Below are positions 10,948-20,638 of a stretch of DNA of 64,000 bases, piece after piece. This stretch comes from a virus. The notes under the pieces are model-generated. The model was given only the letters and a program-made list of their open reading frames with translations. It did not search any database and was not told the DNA's origin. Both the position numbers and the translations under genes were made by a program. The stretch spans positions 96,001 through 160,000 of IMG/VR virus record IMGVR_UViG_3300042389_001478. One strand, written 5' to 3'. Each line of letters starts with the position of its first letter. Position 1 is the stretch's first letter.

Positions 10948-11682
10948 TTACTTCCAGTTTGCTTGATAGCCTAATAAATCTGAAGGAATTTTACTCATAT
11001 CTTGCTGATAGGCGGTGAGTTGTTTTATGATACCCACTGCGTTCTCATGAGATATATTATATATGTTGCTTTCAGTTATGGCAAGCTGACTTATTAGTAA
11101 AATAACATTAATATTTAGCCTTTGGGCAATCACATCTATAAAGTTGATTTGGTTCACACTAATTTTAGATACCGAGTTTTCATCTGGATGATCTTCAATA
11201 TCTTTTGCTATTTCTTCAGCAGCCACAACCTTTCTTAGCTTAAGGGCTCGCCTCAAAGCCCTACCCTCAGCCCTGGTTTCTGCAACAGCGGTCGGATGGT
11301 TACGATATGTCTTATCACAATTACCCCAGTAAACGTCAGCAGAGCCGCTGACAGTCCTGAATTTAGATTCTTGGGGTAGTGTCTCATCCTTTAAAAAATA
11401 AGCCAGCCTATGGACAACCGTAGCTCTCTTTTCGTTCTCTGGAGTAGGAACTTGTGTTACGTCGCTTGTGGACTCAATCAGATCACAATTTAGAGCAATT
11501 TCAAAAATACGTCTTAGTCCATCAGTTGTTGGATTACCGGCTATTTTTTCATCGTCGGACAATAGGCTTAAAACATGATCGGTCCAACCAATATCATTAG
11601 GCGTTAGTTTAACAACCTCAACAGCTGGTGTGCTGACTGGCTCCTCGATTGATTCTGTAGCGATCTTCTTTTCCTTGGCCAT
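10948..11682 (-). CDS. Rad52/Sak-like single-strand annealing protein (putative)
   Basis: GLRR...SGSAD...AVAETRAEGRALRRAL pattern resembles the Rad52/22-superfamily core, followed by a helical C-terminal domain. Confidence 0.5.
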   Translation of the reverse strand: MAKEKKIATESIEEPVSTPAVEVVKLTPNDIGWTDHVLSLLSDDEKIAGNPTTDGLRRIFEIALNCDLIESTSDVTQVPTPENEKRATVVHRLAYFLKDETLPQESKFRTVSGSADVYWGNCDKTYRNHPTAVAETRAEGRALRRALKLRKVVAAEEIAKDIEDHPDENSVSKISVNQINFIDVIAQRLNINVILLISQLAITESNIYNISHENAVGIIKQLTAYQQDMSKIPSDLLGYQANWK

Positions 11683-11685
11683 TAT

Positions 11686-12474
11686 TTAGTCCTCTATTTC
11701 TGTAATATGACTGGTTTTATAACTATTTGTTTTTAATAAGCCTAATAATTGATCATATATTAAATTGGCTCTAGCATTTGAAAAATCTTTTTTTTGCTTA
11801 ATTCTTATCAGAGCCATACCTTTACCAATAAGCAAACCATTCTTTTTTTCGTCGTATTTCTTATTTTTAGCCAGAGCATCATCGCCCCAAATTGGAGCAA
11901 AGTGTGATGGGCCATCAACTTCGATAGCCACATTCATAGTAGGGAGAAAAAGATCAATTTGCAACTTTGTATTTGATAAGACTTGCTCTTTATGAAATTC
12001 AACAGAATATCCGTCTTTGAGTAGCTGATTAAGTAAAAACTTTTCAAGCTTTGATCCTGTTTTGCTACTTAGTCTGGCAGCGGTATTTGCTGACTTTAGG
12101 ATGTTCTCTTTGATATTCTCATCCATGCCTTCCCACAAAGCCTTGCTCTTAGCCCTCCTCTGCTTAAGTTCTTTTTCGCTTAGTTCGTCCCAGGAGTTCA
12201 TCACCGCTTTGCCAATTTTATCTTTGGTCTCTTTGGATCTTTGAGATCCTTTGGTTGGATGCTTATGCTTACCTGTTTTTAGGGCGTTTTTTTGAGCATC
12301 GCTTTTGTTCCTTATTTTAATATTTAGTCTTTTAGCATCTCTGCGAATTTGATTGGCATAAGTATCAAACTTGGATGCAATATCTTGAAAACTAAGTTTT
12401 TCTTGAACGTATAATTTCTTTAAAATATCTAGTTTTTGACTATCATTAAGAGATTTATAGTTTAGAGAGGACAT
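11686..12474 (-). CDS. Putative homing endonuclease: HTH plus basic repeats plus Vsr/DUF559-like nuclease
   Basis: Basic N-terminus (HKHPTKGSQRSKETKDKIGK, NUMOD3-like). C-terminal QIDLFLPTMNVAIEVDGPSH is a PD-(D/E)XK/Vsr-type motif. Confidence 0.6.
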   Translation of the reverse strand: MSSLNYKSLNDSQKLDILKKLYVQEKLSFQDIASKFDTYANQIRRDAKRLNIKIRNKSDAQKNALKTGKHKHPTKGSQRSKETKDKIGKAVMNSWDELSEKELKQRRAKSKALWEGMDENIKENILKSANTAARLSSKTGSKLEKFLLNQLLKDGYSVEFHKEQVLSNTKLQIDLFLPTMNVAIEVDGPSHFAPIWGDDALAKNKKYDEKKNGLLIGKGMALIRIKQKKDFSNARANLIYDQLLGLLKTNSYKTSHITEIED

Positions 12475-12922
12475 TTTGTAATTCCTTGCTATTAATTTCA
12501 GACATTAGTCCTATGGGTTTTTTCCAACAAATATCTATTATATCATGAGTTTCTTGTTTATCAGTAAGTAGCTCAATGTGGGGCTTCATGTAAATGTTAT
12601 ACCAAAACCCATATGGCAAAGAGGGATTAATTGACCATTCTGGTTCTGACATAAAAAGAATCTGTTTCTTTGGACACGGGAAGGTTTGACTCAGCATCGC
12701 ACTTTTAGTGTCAAATACAAATAACAGGCCGTCGAAATACTTTGCTTGCTGAATATGAAGCATATAGTATTTGTGTCTATGGTCTAATCTATTAAATTGA
12801 TTATTGAAGACCACTATGTTATCATATGGACGATCTTCACATAACTTATTAATTGCTGTTAAAATTTTCGTTTGTAAAACATTTTTTGCCTCTATGTCCA
12901 GTAAGTAGAATCCTATGTCCAT
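12455..12922 (-). CDS. Hypothetical protein, possible degenerate glycosyltransferase fragment
   Basis: Intact 155-aa alpha/beta ORF at the end of the GT cluster; no catalytic motif visible. Confidence 0.4.
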   Translation of the reverse strand: MDIGFYLLDIEAKNVLQTKILTAINKLCEDRPYDNIVVFNNQFNRLDHRHKYYMLHIQQAKYFDGLLFVFDTKSAMLSQTFPCPKKQILFMSEPEWSINPSLPYGFWYNIYMKPHIELLTDKQETHDIIDICWKKPIGLMSEINSKELQNVLSKL

Positions 12923-12923
12923 T

Positions 12924-13709
12924 TTATGTTGTCCTTATAATTTTTGGTGAAAATATTTTTTTGAAAAAATTATCATAAGATAGCTTATCGGCGTTTTCTA
13001 TTATCTCTTTTGTGGTATTGTTTTGAATATTTTTTAATAGATCGTCCTCTGTTGATATATTAGGAATTCCGCAAACTTGCGACTCTAATCGAAAACTATC
13101 ATCGATATCAATAAGGGCTTTGTATGTATTAAATATCACGCAAGTATCTGCTGGATTTAGCATACCTACATTTTGTGGATGTTTATATGTTGGTGAATTA
13201 AACAATACTAGTTTTTCTGATGAATTAGGATATAGCAAAGACCCTAGAGACAAGGCGCTTTTTGTATCATCAGAAGATAAAATTACAGCTATTTTATCAT
13301 TTCTAACACTATTATCTATCTGACTATAGACAGTATCATCATAGAGAGAGTCATATTGAAGCCATAAACCAGCGTCGTTAGCACCAGCGAAATAAATAGA
13401 TTTTCCTACTACCGACACGTTGTTTTCATTCCAAAACTTAAAAATATCTTTCTTATCGACATGGACGTTAAGAAATAATACTACTTTAGTACTATTATGG
13501 TATTCTGTTATAAAGTCATGAAACTCTTGAGTATATTCGCTCACTGGAAGTATAACAAACTCAGGCTTAGTTTGATAATAAATTTCGAATAAATTACCAT
13601 GTACACTGGTATTCATTAATTGAATATTATCACTTTCATTATTATAGAAAGTTTTAACAAATGACTGGTATTCCGTATGACCACAAATATGTATTAATAT
13701 TTTTTGCAT
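12924..13709 (-). CDS. Hypothetical protein, degenerate GT-B-like
   Basis: Rossmann-like pattern. C-terminal ...FRLESQVCGIPNIST resembles the GT-B 'EAxACGxPVI' motif. Confidence 0.45.
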   Translation of the reverse strand: MQKILIHICGHTEYQSFVKTFYNNESDNIQLMNTSVHGNLFEIYYQTKPEFVILPVSEYTQEFHDFITEYHNSTKVVLFLNVHVDKKDIFKFWNENNVSVVGKSIYFAGANDAGLWLQYDSLYDDTVYSQIDNSVRNDKIAVILSSDDTKSALSLGSLLYPNSSEKLVLFNSPTYKHPQNVGMLNPADTCVIFNTYKALIDIDDSFRLESQVCGIPNISTEDDLLKNIQNNTTKEIIENADKLSYDNFFKKIFSPKIIRTT

Positions 13710-13711
13710 GA

Positions 13712-14410
13712 TTACTCTTTAATTTTATGTTTATCCTTCATTCCTGTAATAATACTAATGGATTCTGGTGGTACCACAACCTGACTAAATTGTATTTGAT
13801 GGTTTGCTATTGATCTATTAATTATCTCAAACAAAAACATGTTGTCGTAAAAGGAGTTTATAGACAGCTTTAATTTAATAACATCCTTCCTACACAAATA
13901 AAAAGAATCACACCATACATGGTCTCCTATATCATAAAAAATATAGTCTATGACGCCATTTTCTGACGTTACAGATCCCATGTATTTTTTTTGAGAGGTA
14001 TTTCTTTTATTTTTGTGAGATAATACCCAGGACCTATTATCAGGAAAACCCCCATTCTTTGCATTAGAACTCTTTATTAAAGTGCCGCTATTAATAATAA
14101 AACACCCAGAGTATTTTGATATATCTATTTTTGATAATATCAGTTTTAATGCATATCCATGATTCTTATTTTCATACTCAGCATTTAGTATCGTATTTAT
14201 TTTTGCTGGTAGTTTTTTGTCTAACTTATCGGAACCAAAGCCAGAAATAATAAATATGTCTGGATTATCAAATATTCTATATAAGCTATCAATTTGACAC
14301 AAGATCAATTCTTTAGCCGAGGCGTTGGGTTTCAATAATCCTATTGGTCCAAATGATTTCATTCCTTTGGTAATTTCATAAGATAATATAAAACAAGCTA
14401 CCTTATTCAT
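13712..14410 (-). CDS. LicC/GlmU-like nucleotidyltransferase-fold protein (degenerate motifs)
   Basis: FIL...GMKSFGPIGLLK...LILCQIDSL...IFIISGFG...NAEYENKNHGYAL parallels sugar/choline-phosphate NTP transferases. Confidence 0.6.
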   Translation of the reverse strand: MNKVACFILSYEITKGMKSFGPIGLLKPNASAKELILCQIDSLYRIFDNPDIFIISGFGSDKLDKKLPAKINTILNAEYENKNHGYALKLILSKIDISKYSGCFIINSGTLIKSSNAKNGGFPDNRSWVLSHKNKRNTSQKKYMGSVTSENGVIDYIFYDIGDHVWCDSFYLCRKDVIKLKLSINSFYDNMFLFEIINRSIANHQIQFSQVVVPPESISIITGMKDKHKIKE

Positions 14411-14820
14411 TTATTTTTTTCAATTACTGCTACGGAGTGAATGTCTTCGCTATACAACTTGATCAGTTGATAGCCTTGTATCTGAGAAATTATAGCAAGA
14501 AAGTCGGGTTCTGTCCATGATGACTTTATTCCATCAACCATGTCAGCAAATCCCATCCCGTCAACCAAACCATTCTTAATCTTATTGCATACTAGTATTG
14601 GATTCAGAAATCTAATAGTTAGCTGTCCTCCCGGACCGAGCTTTTTTAGCATTTCCATAAAAAGACTATTTCTGGTATTTTTGGATATCTTGTCAGCACA
14701 ATTACATATAATTGTATTAACATATCCGTTGGTTAGTTGCGGCAATTTTTCTAAATCAATATTATTATATCCTTGAACTGCCTCATCGATATTTGTAATT
14801 ATATTTACTTGCGGTATCAT
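14407..14820 (-). CDS. Truncated class I SAM-methyltransferase-like protein
   Basis: ...LFMEMLKKLGPGGQLTI matches the MTase 'LkpGG.l.i' motif; no glycine-rich motif I. Confidence 0.45.
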   Translation of the reverse strand: MIPQVNIITNIDEAVQGYNNIDLEKLPQLTNGYVNTIICNCADKISKNTRNSLFMEMLKKLGPGGQLTIRFLNPILVCNKIKNGLVDGMGFADMVDGIKSSWTEPDFLAIISQIQGYQLIKLYSEDIHSVAVIEKNK

Positions 14821-15737
14821 AGAACAAAAGCCTCCGTATTAGCATTAATCATTAACTTGTTTATATCTCGTGAAAACGTATCGAAATTAAAAACCTTATT
14901 AGCTTCGGAAGAAAAAACTTCTTTTTCTGCATCTGGTATTGTTAATAGATCTTTTATATTCTCCACAAGATCATTAACAGAGTCTACTAATATTAATCCA
15001 GGAAGATTATAGTCGTTTGACATCATCGGAGTTTTTAGAGATACCCCAACACAACCAGAAGAGATGGCACATAATAAATTCGATATATTATGCTCCGCTA
15101 AATCAATACATATTTTATATTCGTTGAATTGATTGTTAATAAATTCTGGACTATTAACCCCAGAAGTCATTACCTCACAAGTATAACCCTTTGACATCAA
15201 GGCTTGGTAAAGCTGGTGGTTGTGGGGTAAATTTTCGAAATTTAATATGAGAACATCTTTTCTTTCTGACGGAGCCTTTGATATGGCAAAATTTTTAGGA
15301 ATCCCGTACTTCATAGTTATAGATCGACCCTGAAGGTTCCAAGAGTCCTTTGATGATTCACTAAAGAATATTTTTGTTTCTCTTGCTAGCCTCTGACCCA
15401 TTAACAAAGCATCCTCTTTTTTAATATATGGCGGCTTATATGAGTGAGTAAAAATTAAAGAATTAATATGCCATTGTTTTAGGTTTTTTGAAGTAAATTC
15501 CACAATATTACTAGTACAATATAGGTTGTAGTTATACAGATCTGTGTGGGTGGGTGGAAGATCTATGACATTTGGAAGATTATAATTGGTCTTGTTTTCT
15601 CCAAATATATAGTAGTTATGCTCAGAAAGACTCATTAGCATCACATCAAATAAATTATTTTGTGGATAGTAAACCACATTATAATTATCTTTAGAAAATT
15701 TTTGCAAAACATTCCCGGTAATAAAACTTAAATACAT
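14817..15737 (-). CDS. GT-B-fold glycosyltransferase-like protein (degenerate)
   Basis: Two Rossmann-like halves; C-terminal YKICIDL...LLCAISSGCVGVS. Confidence 0.5.
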   Translation of the reverse strand: MYLSFITGNVLQKFSKDNYNVVYYPQNNLFDVMLMSLSEHNYYIFGENKTNYNLPNVIDLPPTHTDLYNYNLYCTSNIVEFTSKNLKQWHINSLIFTHSYKPPYIKKEDALLMGQRLARETKIFFSESSKDSWNLQGRSITMKYGIPKNFAISKAPSERKDVLILNFENLPHNHQLYQALMSKGYTCEVMTSGVNSPEFINNQFNEYKICIDLAEHNISNLLCAISSGCVGVSLKTPMMSNDYNLPGLILVDSVNDLVENIKDLLTIPDAEKEVFSSEANKVFNFDTFSRDINKLMINANTEAFVL

Positions 15738-16852
15738 AACTTGCTTCCTATAGAGGAGTAACTAAATCGATCCATGCTCGAAAGACCAAGATCTCTTTTT
15801 TCTTCCAGCTTTTTTCTATTTTCCTTATGCATCTGATAAACCAGCTTCATTTTTTCAATCAAATCATAAATATTAATCCTGTACCAGAATTCATTAGCAT
15901 TATAAATATCGAAATCTTTAGATAAAGTTCTTTGATCAACAATAACTGGTGTTTTAGAACTATTAACAACAAAACCGTTTTCGCCATTGATATAGTCGAT
16001 CATACCAGTATTGTCTGTAACAATAGGAGTCTTTCCTAAACACAATGCTTCTGCTACTGGCCTACAGAATGCTTCTCCGTAAGACGGAGAGACGAGACAA
16101 TCACAAGAATTATGTAGTCCAATTATATCACTATATGATAGTTTTTCGGTGATAATAATTTCTTTTTTATATCTTTGATTAATATTAAGTTTTTGTTTAA
16201 TTTCGTTTAAGTCTTTTTCAATAGTTTTTAATGAATCATTAGGTGACATTCCCGGTATGCTAGTTTTAAGTATCAGAGATACTGGCTGATTAATGTCAAA
16301 AGCTAAATGAAATGCAGTAATTAAATCTTTAATATTTTTACGTTCTACATACTCACCAATAAAATAGAATTTAAAAGTTTTATTTACTATGGGGTTGAAA
16401 TCAAGCTTATGACTAGTATACTTCTTTATATTCTCAATATCTAGTGGTTGAGAAATTGACTTAATTGGCTTTGTTACCCCAGATTTTATTAAACATTTTT
16501 TCTCTTGTTCACTGGGAACCCAAATTTCATCCATCTGGTTGATGTTTGAGACGCATCTAGAGTTAGAAATATTATTAGTTTCTAGGACGAATAATCCGAT
16601 ATTTTTCTTAAATCTGCCATCATAAAATAAACAATGTGGAAGAGTTTTTTGTATAACAACATCGTATTGATCATACACGGAGTTTTCATACCCAAGAAGA
16701 TCACTATCTAGTTCATTAGATGCATTTCCAGCTAAAAAGATCGGTCTTGTAGTTAATTCTTTTACCTGTGTTGCAACAGCTTTGATATAGCTTTGTGTCG
16801 CTAGTCCCCAGCCGTCTTGCTGTCTATAGGGTCCTATAAAAAGTACACTCAT
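15728..16852 (-). CDS. Glycosyltransferase family 4 (GT-B)
   Basis: MDEIWVPS; YFIGEYVERKNI; DCLVSPSYGEAFCRPVAEALCLGKTPIVT (EX7E motif). Confidence 0.85.
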   Translation of the reverse strand: MSVLFIGPYRQQDGWGLATQSYIKAVATQVKELTTRPIFLAGNASNELDSDLLGYENSVYDQYDVVIQKTLPHCLFYDGRFKKNIGLFVLETNNISNSRCVSNINQMDEIWVPSEQEKKCLIKSGVTKPIKSISQPLDIENIKKYTSHKLDFNPIVNKTFKFYFIGEYVERKNIKDLITAFHLAFDINQPVSLILKTSIPGMSPNDSLKTIEKDLNEIKQKLNINQRYKKEIIITEKLSYSDIIGLHNSCDCLVSPSYGEAFCRPVAEALCLGKTPIVTDNTGMIDYINGENGFVVNSSKTPVIVDQRTLSKDFDIYNANEFWYRINIYDLIEKMKLVYQMHKENRKKLEEKRDLGLSSMDRFSYSSIGSKLCI

Positions 16853-18516
16853 TGTAGTTTTTCTTTCATATTTGCATATTCTATGAAGTCTTCGTTTCGT
16901 AATTGTCTTAAGTCGTTCTTTGCGTTTTGAGCAAGGTTGTTGTTTGAAATAATGTTATTCAAAACATCCAAAGCCTTAGAAATATTGTATGGCTCGGTAT
17001 GCATTCCATTAATAGCAAAACCATAGTCTAGATCTTTTATCATGTTTAACAAAATCATAGATGATGCCATTTGATGATTTGGCAAATGCTTAGAAACTAG
17101 TGTGGTTAAAATATCATACGCAGTATTAGCCTGTGGTAATTCTTTGATGGTGTCTAGCGTTAATAGATTTTCATGCCATTTACCTTGTAATCCAGTTAGC
17201 TTAACAGAGTCGAAGTAATCCTCCCACCTGCGAGCTATATCGTCCCAATTATAGTGTTGCTCAGTTAGTTTTCTGGTTTCGAAGCTTTTTTGCTCTCGTA
17301 AAAACTCTGGCATCTTACTAAAATCATACAATACTTCGACTAAATGATCGTTGTCGGGATATACTCTAATAGCTTTGGTTTCTAGTTCTTTAAAGTATTG
17401 ATTAATCTTAATCGGATATCCGTTTAGTTTTCTAACAACATCGCTCATAGCGCTATAGTCCACAGAAGCTATAGGAACACCACATGCTCCGGCTTCCACT
17501 TGTGGCATTCCAAAACCCTCACAAATAGCATATTGAACATAGATATCAAAGGAATTAATAATGGTGGCTAAGGTTTGTGATGTTACTCCTGAGCTAACAT
17601 TCGGCATAGAAAAAGACTTTTGGCCGCATCTTGGGCAAAAACTAACAGGATGTTGATATAAACAAGGAGCAAAATATGCGCAATTTTTACAATTATAGGT
17701 GAACAATACTCTGTTTCCTACCTTGTATTCTTTTAATAATTGCGGTAGATCCCAGCCAGCGTCGGGGTAGCTTGTATGTAGATATAGATAAGTATTCTTG
17801 CCCTTTTCGTCTCCTTCTTTTTCAAATTTCTCTAATAGGCTTTTTAAAGAAGCAAATAATTCTGGCATGAGTTTGCGTTTCTGGTTTCTCATAACAGAAC
17901 CAATAATAAATGATGATTCACTAAGACCTAGGGCCTTTTTAACGAATTGCTTATTCCCGATGATATTAAATGTTGCCAGGTCTACTCCTGGCGAAGTTGT
18001 ACTGATATATTTAATTTTATTATTGCTTTGCTGCAGCAGCGTGTCTCTGCCGAAGTCTGAGTATGTGAATATCGCATCCGCATGAAGAAATGTATCTATC
18101 CATTCTTCTTGTTGTGGTGCCGAATCAACTGTTGGCATTAGAACCCAATGATAGAAAGGTCTTAGAGGAGAAAACTGTTGATAAGAACTCATCCAGTAGT
18201 CTCTAACATCAAACACTATATCTGGTTGAAAATCTAATAGTACTCTCTCGAATCTCCATCTTCCAAACTGATTTTCGGTTGAACTGCTGTATTCTTTATG
18301 TCTAGGGTCTTTATCGTCAACAGCATTCGCGTAATATTTCCATGTTATACCAACATCCTTAGGATCATTCACTTTGCCATATGATGCAAATTCTGCTATC
18401 TCATATTTGCCAGTGGCGTGAAGTCTTTTAAGTATTTCTTTAGAGTAAGTACCAAAGCCAGAACTTAAAAAGCTAGCCTCAGAGCACATGAGAATCTTTA
18501 GTTTTTTTGATGACAT
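16849..18516 (-). CDS. Glycosyltransferase family 4 with inserted Cys4 zinc ribbon
   Basis: SGFG N-terminal loop; RNQKRK; DIYVQYAICEGFGMPQVEAGACGVP; insertion CKNC...CPRC. Confidence 0.85.
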   Translation of the reverse strand: MSSKKLKILMCSEASFLSSGFGTYSKEILKRLHATGKYEIAEFASYGKVNDPKDVGITWKYYANAVDDKDPRHKEYSSSTENQFGRWRFERVLLDFQPDIVFDVRDYWMSSYQQFSPLRPFYHWVLMPTVDSAPQQEEWIDTFLHADAIFTYSDFGRDTLLQQSNNKIKYISTTSPGVDLATFNIIGNKQFVKKALGLSESSFIIGSVMRNQKRKLMPELFASLKSLLEKFEKEGDEKGKNTYLYLHTSYPDAGWDLPQLLKEYKVGNRVLFTYNCKNCAYFAPCLYQHPVSFCPRCGQKSFSMPNVSSGVTSQTLATIINSFDIYVQYAICEGFGMPQVEAGACGVPIASVDYSAMSDVVRKLNGYPIKINQYFKELETKAIRVYPDNDHLVEVLYDFSKMPEFLREQKSFETRKLTEQHYNWDDIARRWEDYFDSVKLTGLQGKWHENLLTLDTIKELPQANTAYDILTTLVSKHLPNHQMASSMILLNMIKDLDYGFAINGMHTEPYNISKALDVLNNIISNNNLAQNAKNDLRQLRNEDFIEYANMKEKLQ

Positions 18517-18523
18517 AATGAAA

Positions 18524-18545
18524 ACGGGGGATATTTCACCCCCAT
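18524..18545 (-). terminator. GC hairpin between ssb and the GT4 gene (weak terminator or SD-bridging hairpin)
   Basis: Minus strand reads AT-GGGGG-TGAAATAT-CCCCC-GT followed by TTTC. Confidence 0.45.
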
Positions 18546-18576
18546 CTCCCGGAAATGATTGGTAGTGATAATAAGA

Positions 18577-18948
18577 TTAAAAGCTGACTACTTCTTCTGC
18601 TGATTCCTTGCTTTTCTTTGAAAGCTTAGTAATCTTAGAAAAATTATTTACACGAACCTTAAGAGAGTTATGCTTAACACCATCCTTCTCCCAAGAGTCG
18701 TTCCTTAATGAGCCTTCGACCAAAACCAAATCACCCTTCTTGAAAGACTGGCCGATGATTTCTGCTCCACTATCCCAGGCTTCACAAGGCACAAAGGTTG
18801 TTACCTTGTCCTTCTCTCCATTAGCCTTAGTGTACTCACGAGATACAGCAACAGTAAAATTGACTACTGAAGTCTGCTTGCCTGCTGTATTAACCACACG
18901 AACTTCTGGATCTCTAGCTAAATTACCGCGTAAAATGTTAATATTCAT
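18577..18948 (-). CDS. ssb: Single-stranded DNA-binding protein
   Basis: MNINILRGNLARDPEVR...VVNFTVAV...CEAWD...GDLVLVEGSLRNDSWEKDG. Start moved to 18948, behind SD AAGGAG. Confidence 0.95.
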   Translation of the reverse strand: MNINILRGNLARDPEVRVVNTAGKQTSVVNFTVAVSREYTKANGEKDKVTTFVPCEAWDSGAEIIGQSFKKGDLVLVEGSLRNDSWEKDGVKHNSLKVRVNNFSKITKLSKKSKESAEEVVSF

Positions 18949-18985
18949 TAACTTCTCCTTGAAAAAAAGACCAATGTACTGAACT

Positions 18986-19013
18986 ATTATAGCCATGACG
19001 CGACGAGCGTCAA
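18986..19013 (-). promoter_or_regulatory. Sigma70-type promoter upstream of ssb
   Basis: Minus strand TTGACG-16 nt-TATAAT; the -35 box overlaps the TGA stop of the dnaE-C gene. Confidence 0.65.
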
Positions 19014-20638
19014 GTTTTTGGAATATAAGTTTTTTCTACGATAAACGAATCGCCGTTCTTTGATCTGTTGCCTTTGACAATAATAACATTGCCTTGAAAT
19101 AAAATATTTCGATAAGCTTTGTAAGCTTCGGGAAAAAAAATAACAGAATCTAAAACACCAGTACCGTCACTCAGTGTAACAAACGCCATCTCTAATCCAG
19201 GATTTTTACCAGTCTTGGTTTTAGTAACACTTAGGTTATCAATCTCGCCACATAAGATCAGATTGTCACTCATTAGAGATGTCTTAAAATCTTTACATGT
19301 TGTATTTGTCATAGTGATATCATACATATCGACCTTAGAACAAGTAATGCTGCAGCCGAGTATCTCGTCCTCGGTGTCAGAAATCCATTCTGGATTGTCT
19401 TCCAAAGAATGCGGAGGCTTATTAAAGTTATTAATTAGTCCCAATATTATAGATTTTCTATTCTTATTAGACTTTCCGTTGTGATAAAGATCATATAATC
19501 CATCTCCAAGGGATTTATATTTATGTATATTGCCTAGAATAAATTCTGCTTCTTTTTTGGTTAGTTCAGAAGCTAGATTAAGTTCAAACAGCATACATGT
19601 CCTACTTTTATTTAAATAGGATAGCGCCCCACTTTGTATTAATGCTTTTGCGGCAATGGAGTTGATATTCATTAAAACCTGCAGCAGCATTTCTGTCCAG
19701 TTCATTGTATCAAAATCTAAATGCTTAGTATTTTTTATATTACTAAGTTTATCAAATACCGACTGTCCAAATCCTTTAATATCTGTTAGGCCAAAGTATA
19801 TCTTATCATTCTTTAAAATAAATAGTTTATTAAGGTTTCTAATGTCTGGTATTGATACTGAAACATCCATTTCGCTAGCATTTTGAACCAGTTCTTTAAT
19901 TTCTGCTTTTGGGTCAATTTTATCCTTAGCAAATCTTAAATATGAAGCGAAAAAGATCTTAGGGAAATGGGCTTTGGTAAATGCTGACAAATATGCGTTT
20001 ATAGCATAAGATACAGAGTGGGACTTATTGAATGAATACCTCTGAGATTTTTCGATCCATCCGAAAATTTCCTCTGCTTGATCAGCTGATACTGTGCCAA
20101 TTTTTTCGCACCCTTGTATAAACTTAACTTTAATTTTTGCCATTTCTTCAGGCTTCTTTTTCCCAATAGCCTTTCTTAACATGTCTGCTTCTTGCAAATC
20201 AAAGCCAGCAACAGTTTTAGCTATTTCCATTGCCTGTTCTTGATAAATCATCTCTCCATATGTTTCCTTTAAAATAGGTTCCAAAGACGGATGATAATAA
20301 TCTACAGACTCCTGCGCATTCTTCTTGTCTATAAAATGATTAGAAACAGATTTGCCATCTCTAAAAGCCTCAAGACAACCAGGTCTCATAATACTAATTA
20401 AGGCAGAGAGCTGTTCTATATTCTCTGGCTTTAATTTTTTAGCCATAGACTTGCCGAGCCTAGACTCTAGCTGAAAACATCCCTTAGTATTGCCATCAGA
20501 AAGCAATTGCCAAGTTTTTGAACAATCTAAATGAATATGTTCTATGGTTGGATCAAAATTGATATGAATATGCTCATCCGTAGAGTCTGGCATAATATCA
20601 AAAGAGCATCCACAAGAATATTGAAATGTTTTAGGCAT
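19010..20638 (-). CDS. dnaE: DNA polymerase III alpha (family C), C-terminal half: fingers, HhH, OB
   Basis: GCFQLES, LSALISIMRPG, IYQEQAM, ADMLRKAIGKK, YSFNKSHSVSYA, FGLTDIKGFG; OB-fold MAFVTLSDGTG. Confidence 0.93.
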   Translation of the reverse strand: MPKTFQYSCGCSFDIMPDSTDEHIHINFDPTIEHIHLDCSKTWQLLSDGNTKGCFQLESRLGKSMAKKLKPENIEQLSALISIMRPGCLEAFRDGKSVSNHFIDKKNAQESVDYYHPSLEPILKETYGEMIYQEQAMEIAKTVAGFDLQEADMLRKAIGKKKPEEMAKIKVKFIQGCEKIGTVSADQAEEIFGWIEKSQRYSFNKSHSVSYAINAYLSAFTKAHFPKIFFASYLRFAKDKIDPKAEIKELVQNASEMDVSVSIPDIRNLNKLFILKNDKIYFGLTDIKGFGQSVFDKLSNIKNTKHLDFDTMNWTEMLLQVLMNINSIAAKALIQSGALSYLNKSRTCMLFELNLASELTKKEAEFILGNIHKYKSLGDGLYDLYHNGKSNKNRKSIILGLINNFNKPPHSLEDNPEWISDTEDEILGCSITCSKVDMYDITMTNTTCKDFKTSLMSDNLILCGEIDNLSVTKTKTGKNPGLEMAFVTLSDGTGVLDSVIFFPEAYKAYRNILFQGNVIIVKGNRSKNGDSFIVEKTYIPKT

